From NCBI GenBank assembly GCA_047967505.1, contig CM106538.1: a DNA stretch of 64,000 bases. One strand, written 5' to 3'. Below are positions 49,501 through 60,507 of this stretch, one piece after another. The notes under the pieces are model-generated. The model saw nothing but the letters and a program-made list of their open reading frames with translations. It did no database searches and had not been told where the DNA came from. How positions within the stretch are numbered: position 1 is the stretch's first letter; every line of letters starts with the position of its first letter. Source of the DNA: Dipteris shenzhenensis. Its lineage: Eukaryota. Both the position numbers and the translations under genes were made by a program.

Positions 49501-52500
49501 TCCAAATAAGTACATATCGAATGGGTGCACCACTTTGCATGCAATTCAATACCACCTAGGTTGACGTGTGTGCAAAGTATTGTACCCATTGGATATAATT
49601 CTATGATTCATCAAGCATTAAATACCATTTTTGCCTTAGTGTCATGCAGAACTGTCGAAAAACACGGTCGTAGGTGTGTTATTCGAACACTTATTAGATG
49701 TGGGTGCCACTTTGCATGCAAGTCAATACCATCTATTCTGAGTCACATGCAAATTATTGTGCCCATTAGACAAGATTTGCATTGTCGATCATGCATTATA
49801 CACCATTTTTGCCCAAGTGTTGTGTAGAACCATTAAAAAATGCGCTCCCAAGTGTATTATCTGAACAAGTACTTATGGGATGGGCATGCCAGTTTGCATG
49901 CACCTTAATACCATTAGGTTGAGGTACTTGCATAGTATTGTGTCCATCCGATATGACTTTCTTGGTCAATCAAGCACTAAACACCATTTTTGCCTCTGTG
50001 TGATGCACATCCATTAATAAACACGCTCCTAAGTGTGTTATCCGAACAAGTACTTATGGGATGAGTGCTCCACTTTGTATGCAAGTAAATACCACATGGG
50101 TTGAGGTGCATGCATAGTATTGTGCCCATCGGATATGCTTTGCATTGTCGATTAAGCATTAAACACCATTTTTGCCATAGTGTCATGCACAACCATAAAA
50201 AAACATGGTCATAGGCATGTTATTCGAACAAGTACTAATGGGATGGGTGCTCCACTTTGTATGCAAGTCAATACCACTTGGGTTGAGGCACTTTCAATGT
50301 CTTGTGTCTATCGAATATGCTTTGCATTGTCGATCAAGAATGAAACACCGTTTTTGCCTTTGTGTCATGCCCAACTATAAAAAAACATGGTCCTAGGTGT
50401 GTTATTTGAACAAGTACTTATTGGATGGGGTCGCCACTTTGTAGACAAGTCAATATTACCTAGTTTGATATACATGCAAAGTATTGTGACCATCAAATAT
50501 GTTTTGCATGGTCGATCACGCATTATACACTGTTTTCCCTCTAGTGTTATGCACATTCATCAAAAAACGCGCTCCCAAGTGTGTTATTCAAAAAAGTCAT
50601 TACCAGATGGGTTTGCCACTTTGCATGCAAGTAATTACCACCTATTTTGAGGTATGTGAAAAGTATTGTGCTGATCGGATATGCTTTGCATGGTTGATCA
50701 AGCATTAAACGCAATTTTTGCCTCAGTGTCATGAACAACCATTAAAAAACACTGTCCTAGGTGTGTTATTTGAACAAGTGCTTATCCGATGGGGATGCTA
50801 GTTTTCACGCAAGTCAATACTACCTAGATTAAGGTCCCTAAAAATTATTGTGCCCATTGGATATGCTTTTCATGGTCGATCACGCATTATACACCGTTTC
50901 CCTCCTAGTGTTATGCACAACCATAAAAAAAGTTACTCCTAGGTGTGTTAAATCCAAACAAGTACTTATGGGACGGGCACACTACTTTTTGTGCAACTCA
51001 ATACCACCTAGATTGAAGTGCGTACAAAGTATTTTGCTCATCCAATATGCTTTGCATAGTCGATCAAGCATTAAACCTCTTTTTTGCCTCAGTATGATGC
51101 ACATCTATCAAGAAACATGTTCCTAGGTGTGTTATCCAAACAAGAACTTATTGTATAGGGGTGTCACTTTGCACACCAGTCAATTTCACCTAGGTTGAGA
51201 GGCATGCAAAGTATTGTGCCCATCGGATATGCTTTGGATGGTTGATCAAGAATTATACACCGTTTTCCCCCTAGTATTATGCACAACCATCAAAAAACGT
51301 CCTCCCAGGTGTGTTATTCAAAAAAGTACTTATGGGATGGGTTCCCCACTTTGTATGCAAGTCATTACCATGTATTTTGAGGATGTGCAAAGTAGTGTGC
51401 TGATCGGATATGCTTTGCATGGTCGGTCAAGCATTAAATACCGTTTTTGCGTCATTGTCATGAACAACCATAAAAAAACACTGTCCTAGGTGTGTTATTC
51501 GAACAAGTGCTTATCGGATGGGGGTGCTAGTTTGCACATAATTCAATACCACCTAGGTTTAATTTCATGCAAAGTATTTTTCTCATCCAATATGCTTTGC
51601 ATGGTTGATCAAGCATTAAATTCCTTTTTCGCCTTAGTGTGATGCACATCTGTCAAGAAACACACTCCTAGGTGTGTTATCCAAACAAGCAATTATTGTG
51701 TAGGGGTGTCAGTTTGCACACCAGTCAATTTCACCTAGGTTAATATGCATACAAAGTATTGTGCCCATTGGATATGCTTTGCATGGTCGATCAAGCATTA
51801 TACACCATTTTCCCCCATGTTATGCACAGCCATCAAAAAACACGCTCCCAAGTGTGTCATCCGAATAAGTACTTATGGGATGGGCATGCCACTATGGATG
51901 CAACTCAATACCACCTAGGTTGAGGTGCTTGCATAGTATTGTGCCCATTTGATATGCTTTGCTTGGTTGATCAAGCATTAAACACCACTTTACCCTCAAT
52001 GTGATGCATATTCGTAAAAAAATATGCTCCTAGGTGTGTTATCTGAACAAGTACTTATGGGATGGGCACTCCACTTTGCATGGAAGTCAATACATCCTGG
52101 TTTTATGCATGTGCAAAGTATTGTGCCCATCAGATATGCTTTTCTTTGTTGATCAAGCATTAAACACTGTTTTTACCTTATATCATGCACATCCACAAAA
52201 AAAACATGGTCCTAGGTGTGTTATTCAAACAAGTACTTATGGGATGGGCATGCCACTTTGCATGCAAGTAAATACCACTTGATTTGAGGCATGTTCAAAG
52301 TATTGTTCCCATCGGATATGCTTTGCATTGTTGATCAAGCATAAAACACCGTTTTTACCTCAATGTCATGCCCAACCATCAAAATACACAATCCTAGGTG
52401 TGTTATTTGAAGAAGTACTTATCAGATGGGGGCTCCACTTTGCACACAAGTCAATTTCACCTAGGTGTTGTGTCCATTGGATATGCTTTGCGTGGTCGGT

Positions 52501-53600
52501 CATGCATTATACATCATTTTCCCCCTAGTATTATGCACATTTGTTAAAAAACATGCTACTAGGTGTGTTATCCAAACAAGTACTTATGGGATGGGTGCGC
52601 CACTTTGCATGCAAGTCAATACCTAGTTTGAGGTATGTGCAAAGTATTGTTCTCATCGGATATGTTTTGCATGCTCGATCAACCATTAAACACCATTCTT
52701 GCCTCAGTGTTATTTGAATAAGTACTTATCGAATGGGGTCGCCACTTTGCACGCAAGTCAATACCACATAGTTTGAGGTGCATAAAAAGTATTGTGCTCA
52801 TCAAATATGATTTTCATAGTCAATCATAAATTATACACCATCTTTCTCTTAGTGTTATGCACAACCATCAAAAAATGCGCTCTCAGGTGTGTTCTCCGAA
52901 GAAGTACTTATGGGATGGGGCATGCAACTTTGCATGCACGTCAATAACACCTAGGATATTGAGGCATGTGCAAAGTATTAAGCCCATTGGATATGATTTG
53001 CATTGCCAATAAAGCATTAAATACCATTTTTACCTCAGTGTGATGCACATCCGTAAAAAAACACGCTCTTCGGTGTGTTATTAAAGAAAGTACTTATCCG
53101 ATGGGTGCGCCATTTTGCATGCAACTGAATACCACCTAGATTGAGGTGCGACCAAAGTATTGTTCCCATCGGATATGATTGGCACAGTCTATCAAGCATT
53201 AAACATAGTTTTTGCCTCAATGTCATGTACAACCTTTAAAAAACACGATCCTAAGTGTGTTATTCAAAAAAGTACTTATCGAATTGGTGTGCCACTATGC
53301 ACACAAGTCAATACCACCTAGGTTAATGCATGTGCAAAGTATTGTGCCCATCGCATATGCTTTGCATGGTCGATCACACATTATACACCGTTTTCCCCTT
53401 AGTGTTATGCACAACCATCAATATTCGCGCTCCCGACGTGTGTTATATGAACAAGTACTTATGGGATGGGTGCACTACTTTGCATGCAAGTCAATACCAC
53501 CTACATTCAGGCATGTAAAAAGTGTTTTTCCCATTAGATATGCTTTGCTTGGTCTATCACACATTAAACACCGTTTTCCCCTAGTGTTTTGATACTCATA
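46515..53600 (-). repeat. ~182-bp satellite array 2 (about 39 monomers), reverse orientation to array 1
   Basis: CCTAGGTGTGTTAT-type anchors recur at ~182-bp steps (about 50028, 50210, 50392, 50574, 50756, 50938). It is the reverse complement of the array 1 monomer. Confidence 0.97.
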
Positions 53601-54505
53601 CATGGGACGTGGTGAAAATTCGGAAAATATTTATGTCCAACCATTCAAATGATATTAGACGGCCATGATACTTTGCATGGAACTTACTATACATATGTTG
53701 AATGTGTGCATAAAAATTTTATCCATCAGATTAATGCACATGCGATAGTTGCACATCGATGCATATTTTTTATTACTCATGTATGAGACATGGGAAAAAA
53801 CAAGAAAATATGTGTGTCCAACCATGCAAATGGTGTCTGATAGACATGATACTTTGGATGTGTATTTTTTTGACACTCATGCATGAGATTTGATGGAAAA
53901 TAAAAAAATATATGTGACCATCCAAATGAAAACGGTGTTTGATGGGCATAATACTTTGCATGGGACTTAAAGTAAATAGTTTAAAGGTGCATGTAAAGTA
54001 CCATATCCATTGGATGAATGAACATATGATAGGAGTACCCCAATGCATATTTTTTGATACTCATGTATGGCATGTAGTAAAAAAATGGGAAAATATGCAT
54101 GTTAAACCATGCAAATGATATAAGACAGTCATGCATGAGACTTAAAATAAATAGATATAAGATGTGTTCAAAGTATCATACCCATCCAATAAATGTACAT
54201 GCGATAGGAGCACTCAATGGCTTATTTTTTTGATACTCACATATGAGATGTGGAGGAAAACGAGAAAATATGCATGCCCAACCATGCAAACAGTGTTTGA
54301 TGGGCATGATATTTTGGACAATCCTTAAATTAAAAAATTTTAAGAAATGTCCAATGCATTGTACCCATGAGACAAATGCACATGCGATAGCAGCACGCTG
54401 ATGCAAACTTTTTTATACAAAATGTGGTGAAAAATGGAAAAATATACATGCCCAACAATATAAATGCTATCAGACGATCATGATACTTTGCAAAAGCCTT
54501 AAAGT
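53600..54505 (-). repeat. Diverged AT-rich satellite variant at the array edge
   Basis: Same ~180-bp period with TTTTTGATACTCAT, CCAACCATGCAAA and CATGATACTTTGCA motifs. Confidence 0.7.
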
Positions 54506-54539
54506 AATGAGGAAACCTTCACTTAATTCTTTAAAGAAA

Positions 54540-56250
54540 CTCTAAAAAATATCCCACATGAAAAGGGCCAAGAGGCACAAGGTGAGAATATGTTGAAGGA
54601 AGCAAAGAAGGAATTCCTCTTTAATTACATATTATAGCCCATTGATGGTCAACATTGGGCTTATGTTTTAATCAGATCGCCAAAGAAGCAAAGGAGGCCA
54701 AAAAACTCACGTCAGAACAATTTGCAAATATATCTTCATTCCACTGTCATTCTACAACCATCTTTATATTCAAGCATGAGATCAAGTATTTGATTAAGTC
54801 TAAAAGACTTAATCACCATATTGGAAAATGTAAGATATTCTCATCTTACAGAAGGCGAGGGTTGTATGGACAACATTTGGTTCCCCAAACCCTAATTTGA
54901 AGAGAAAGCTCACAAAAGGAGATGCCGACACACTCACGGACTTCTATACTTCTTTAAGTGCAGTTGTGCCTAGGGGAACTCAAGTGTGAGAAGAAAATAT
55001 GTCAAGCCTCAAGCTGGTGAGAGACAAATATGTCCACTACACTTCCATCATTTTTCGTCCTCTTGAAGTGTCCATGAGGAGATGCTTGAAGTGTGCATTG
55101 CATGTGAGCATGGAGAGTTGACTTATGAAGCTCCTTTGTTTATCTCAAGAAAGTCAAAGGTGATGGATAAGGAGTTGACCGCAAGGATGTGGAGCCCTCT
55201 AAAGTACCTACCTGACAAGTATGCATCCATGACAGCCCATAAACTTTTAAAGAAAGAATCATTTTTTGGAAAGAAAGAAAAAGACCACTGCTTGGAGGAA
55301 TGCATCAATGTATAGGTGAGGCGTGATGCAACGAATAGTGCCATTAAGTATTTGTTAACAGAGAAAGACATCCCACTTAGTCATTGTAACATTGACTATA
55401 ATGTTGTCAAGCATATAGTGTCTTTGTCAACAACCAAGATAAAGCTATGGGCAAACAAGTGGATAAAAAAGGATGAAGATGGGTCACAAGTAGTAACCTC
55501 TTACATGAGAAAAGAAATCCCACAACAGGTGGTTGCATATGTGGAAAGATTGATCAATGAGATAAGGATGCCAATGAATATGCACCAAAGCTTTCAGTTC
55601 AGTGTAGAGGTTACATCAGAGTCTAGAAAGCTTGTGGACTACAGGGGAGTTTCAGAAGATGACTTCATCAAGAATGAGTTAGCATGGGACAAGCCACAAC
55701 TATTCTTCATCAATGAAGTCTCTAGTGATGAGATCCATAACTTCGTTGATAGAATAGTATATACTACCATTAGCAAAGTGACAATTCGCAACATTGTCAT
55801 TTTTGTTGATAAACAAGACAAAGAAGCCATGTAGGTTACTCTAGAGTGAGCATATTCTTTAGCTTTGAAGATCTATAGTACCGTGTTTATGCAACAAAGA
55901 GAGGCAAGAGAGAATGTGGCATAGCGATTCAATATCTTGAATCATTCTTCTTGTGTATGCGGAGTCCCAACCTTGATCACTCCCTACAAAAGAACATAAG
56001 AGGGAATTCAAAAAGTTTTCAATTGATGCTAAAAGAGCAAGATATTCCCCCATCCATACATTATCAAAAAAACAACTATGGAAGTCTTGTAAAAGTGGGA
56101 CTCTCTTGCTTACCATGGTGGAGACTTTGTTGCCGATAGGTTAGGAGGTCACCTTGTGCAGGATTGGGATATTTCTTTAAGGATCTCCTCAGAAAAAAAA
56201 ACTCCATAAATATTATTGAAAACAAGCATTTCATGGCCTATTTTCAACTT
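54540..56250 (+). pseudogene. Decayed gene for an uncharacterised ParB/Srx-like (PIDGQH motif) protein, copy 2
   Basis: PIDGQH at 54638-54655, YLIKSKRLN, KARGL, ESFFGKK, LAWDKPQLFFINE and NIVIFVDK, in the same order as copy 1. Many stops and frameshifts. Confidence 0.65.
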
Positions 56251-56569
56251 CAAGTGGATCTAACCCCACAGGTTATGAAAAAGAGGTAGAGCACAAGGAG
56301 ACTGATGACATGGATGATGACCTCAAAGATCATAATGTCCCACATGATGATGAAGAAATGGACTCGCATGACCTGATCAGAGAGAGTTTGGTGGATGAAG
56401 AGAAAGATGATGATGCCTTCCATGATAATTATGGCTCGCAGGGTTATGTGAAAAGGCCACAACGATAATACTTAGTGGTATGAACTCTCTATTTCTCAAT
56501 CAAATATCATTTTTTAAATAATATTTAACTTTAAAGATAATGAATCTAATCTTTCATGTTTGTTTGCAG

Positions 56570-57965
56570 GCAATAGAGGGAGAAGAAATGGATGAAGTCA
56601 ATATGGAGGCACTTCCTTCTACTTCAGCAGTGCAATCACCTCTAACTTTGGTTGAAGAATCCCATGAGCAGAAGAGCCTTAAAGACATGATAAAAAAGCA
56701 GAATAACCACAAACATAGAATACAAGCTATGACATAGACCCATTCTGCAAATTTGGCTGCATTGGATAAAATGGAAAGCTCGTTTGAAGTTAGGGCCATT
56801 TTGAAACAAGAAGCTCAATATTTGAGATTTGGTAGAGAGGAGGTTTCAATCCTCTCCAAATAGGTTAATGACAATGCTATCTTGGCCATCCTCAAGTTTG
56901 ATACTATCTTTCTTTTGGTTGCTACTTCAATCTTTTAATTAAATCTAATGATCTAACATTTGTTTATTTGTTATTGCAGTGTAGTTATATCTCAGTTTCA
57001 TAGTGCAGTGCAGAATCATGTCTACATACTCGATTCCCTCCTTTCTTCTAGTCTTAGCTCTTCTTAAAAGATGATACAAGAAGTTTGTACCTGATTAAAC
57101 CCTTTAAATTTAGATGGGGTGCGAGTCATCGTTCTGCCATATCATGAGGAGTAAGTATCAACTCCAACCTTATTTTTACTATTTCTTTGGCAAGATTGTG
57201 TTAAACAATAATCATTTTTAATTTGATCATGTAGCTCACATTGGAGTCTAATTGCTTGGGACCTTGAAGTCGATCGTTTGTGGTTTGTGAATTCAATGGC
57301 AAGCTATCATGCCAACTCCCCAAGGAAACTATTCTCTTAATATTTTTGTTACTTTCATATTTTGTATCTTATGATCATGACATATTAATTTCTTTCATAT
57401 GTCATGATGGACAATGCTGCATATCGGCTAGTATCTACTATTAGAACAACCAAGGAGCAACAAGACCAAGTAGAATTCAAATAACATGTAGCAACACGAC
57501 CAAGTAGAATTCAAATAACATGTACCAGTGGAGCAAAAAGATGGGCATAGCTGTGGGTGGTCGTGTAGCTCACATTGGAGTCTAATCACTTGGGACCTTG
57601 AAGTCAACCGTTAGTTGTTTGTGAATTCAATCGCAAACTATCATGCCAACTCCCCAAGGTAGCTGTTCTCTTAATATTTTTGTTACTTTCTTATTTTGTA
57701 TCTTATGATCATGACATATTAATTTCTTTCATATGCCATGATAGACAGTGCTGCATATCAGCTAGTATCTACTATCAGATCAACCAGGGAGCAACAAGAC
57801 CAAGTAGAATTCAAACAACATCTACCAGTGGAGCAAAAAGATGGGCATAGTTGTGGGTGGAGAGTTGCCTACAATTGCATGTTGTTCCTTAGTGAAATTT
57901 TTTATTTGGAGTCACCAGTTAAAATGGAATCATATACAGAGGACAATCTACTAGTCGCGGGCTGA
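56570..57965 (+). pseudogene. Ulp1-like (peptidase C48) pseudogene with introns, probably transposon cargo
   Basis: *VNDNAILA, HVYILDS, RVIVLPYHE, HWSLIAWDL...FVNS and EQKDGHSCGWRV match the C48 order WLND-HW-DS-QxxxxDCG. GT-AG introns. Tandem duplication of ~335 bp (57230-57560 and 57565-57860). Confidence 0.75.
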
Positions 57966-58094
57966 GAGTATTCCTCAGGGGGTTCAACTCCCAACATTTT
58001 AGTGTACCACATGCATTCAAAAGGAAGGGATATTGGTTGTCATGCTAATTCATCATCCGTAAACCAATGATACTTGACTTATTCATGGATATTT

Positions 58095-59040
58095 ATATTG
58101 TGTGCGTATTATCCTCAATAGTCCCAAGATGCAAAGATGGGTGGAGAGATATGAAGAGGCCAAAGCAAAAAGAATAAATGAGAGGAAGAGATTTAGATTC
58201 ATGCATAGGCAAAGCGTGCCTTATCCACCAAACCTTTCTCTTCTCCCAGACACATCTCACATGATTGGCTACAAGAAGCTCTTTGTGAAGCCAAAGATGG
58301 AGAGGTGTAACCGATTGAGAGCGGGAGCTTGTAGTCGGATGTATGCCACATGTAAGTTTCTTATCTTTCTACCTAATATGGGTATTTATGATCACAATCA
58401 CTACAAAATGCATCCTCATTGTTTTAATCATGTTCTTTTGTAATACAAAAAGTATAGTGCATTATGGTCACAAGGATGACATTTTTGTGTGGAACGCATC
58501 AATTCAAGGAGAGTCACCTATGATTGTGAAGTCATGGCTAACTTTGTACAACATAGCTGAGCAATTGCTTCTAATACCAATCTTCTCTCCTCATAGTGAG
58601 ATTATTGTCAGACCATACGTGACATTTATGAAGTTGATTTTAGATGATTTAGTATTTTCATTCTTGATGTCAAATGGTTTAGCACTATCTACCATGGTCC
58701 CAATCCTACAGTTAGGAGAGATAGCAGTGGTTTCTTTGCCATTGACTCCGCTAATGCAAGTGATACTTTTTTCCTTTTAGAGCATTGTGAACAAGTATAT
58801 TTTAATGAATTGATTAAAAGATAATATCTTCGTTTTCAAACAAATATTGATACATGTTCATATGTGTGTGTGTGTGTGTGTGTGTTTATATACTTAAGCA
58901 TAAATTAATATAATTACTAGCATCTAATTTGCATCTTCAACGTAGATGATCTTTCTTTTGGATCGTTCAGATCCAAGATGGTGGTACATGGTCCAAATAG
59001 CTCCTCGAAGCAAACGTATTTTTGAAGATAGGAATGTGGA
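58095..59040 (+). mobile_element. CACTA/En-Spm transposase C-terminal fragment (DUF4216-like), decayed
   Basis: Broken frames read KYSALWSQG*HFCVE, TYDCEVMANF, IRDIYEVDF...LDVKWF...VRRDSSGFFAID...DTFFLLEHCEQVYF and WYMVQIAPRSKR, the motif order of the En/Spm transposase C-terminus. Confidence 0.7.
58863..58885. repeat. (TG)n microsatellite
   Basis: Directly visible. Confidence 0.95.
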
Positions 59041-59539
59041 TATGGAGATGCAGATAGAAGATCCAAATAATAATGCCGATGGATCTAGGGAAGAGGATGA
59101 AGATGATGATATGGGCTAGGAAGAAGGTGACTGTAATGGAAAAAGGTGGAGATCATGACTTTGGGGAAGAGGAGGGAGAACTAGAGCATGAACTAGAGGA
59201 GTCTTAGGTAGACATATAATAGGGGATGATTATATAGGTGATTAATTGTATGTAAACCTTGAGATAGAATTATTTGGCGTGCAATACTTGGCTCAAGACA
59301 AAGCCGTTGAAGTAAATGCTATTGATTGATTATCTTGATATTGACAAGACTTCGTATGTTTGGCCCTCTCATTTTTATAGTGACATTTTGTACATTTGTA
59401 TGTCAAGTTGACCATCAATATATGAGTGTTTTGATCTCAATTTTGGTGTATATACTCTTATAATTTTTAGCTTTCAAATGACCAAACTTGTGATCAAAAA
59501 TTATTTTGGGTCCCTTGGAAATGACATTTTGTAAAAATG

Positions 59540-59735
59540 TCAGTATGGAAATTTTAACCTAGAGTCGGTGGAAGCATTGTTAGTCGTAGGTATGTACATT
59601 GGTATAGGCATTATACAAACGCCTATATCGACATACATATAGACTAACATTTCATCATCTACAATACTTTCCTTGCCTGTCAACCGTACCATCACAATAT
59701 ACACAGCTTCGAAAAGAGACCTATGTCTTGTGGTG
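59540..59735 (+). mobile_element. Candidate CACTA right terminus
   Basis: Ends GTCTTGTGGTG (CACCACAAGAC on minus, one mismatch from CACTACAAGA), is preceded by GTCG-type motifs and lies downstream of the transposase fragment. Confidence 0.45.
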
Positions 59736-60507
59736 ACCCTCCAAACCTTTCCTAAACACTTGCACCCCTATAAAGGTAAGAACCTCAATCAAACCTTGTG
59801 ATCAACACTTCTTTCTCACCCACTCTTATATAAGAACCACTCTTGATGCTTTAACCTGCACTTCTTTTTGGGATACAACCTAAGGACCTATACCTACACT
59901 ACAAAGTGCATCAACATAACTGTAGTGACTCAACCTTCAAACTTCAAAATGAGACCAAATTAATTAAATATGACACTAAATGTGTATGCCAATGGTTCAA
60001 AACCTAGAAAATGAACAGCTTTGTCACAATTTATGTCAGAAATGTGTCAGAAAGGGGCTAATATCTCTTGTAATGTGTTCTTGGCATATGTATGTAGGGA
60101 CCTCTCTAAGATAACAAAAGAGAAGTCTTAGCTTTTTTAACAAATTGCCTTTTTTGGAAAAAAAACATATTCATCTCAATGTATGGATATGGTGATTAGG
60201 CTACATAAAGACTTGGGACCAAGTACAACATAATGTTGGCATGTGTTCCAATAAGTGCCTATGCCTGAGTACACCTACTTCAATGATGACATCGGTTTAC
60301 TCTCTTGGTTTCTTTTAAATTTTATTTCCTTCTTCCATTGGAGTTCATCTCTGTAGAGCAAATTTTGCGGCTAGTTTGATATCATAATGTAGAGGAGATT
60401 TTGCGGCTAGTTTGCCATGTTTGTGATGATAGAGAGCAATCATCTTCCAATATATCAATAAATTTGTTATGGATTCTCCTATAAATGTGTCTAATTTACC
60501 TTTTGTA

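Noticed and set aside
46515-53600. Satellite arrays as CRISPR-like arrays, or their Cys/His-rich ORFs as genes (also 13140-15635)
   Set aside because: The whole monomer repeats with no unique spacers, no cas genes are present, and the short ORFs are translations of the repeat.
30919-59735. One 29-kb CACTA element bounded by the two candidate termini
   Set aside because: The ends match at only about 11 of 16 positions, the flanking 3-mers differ (CAC versus ACC) and the subterminal motifs differ.
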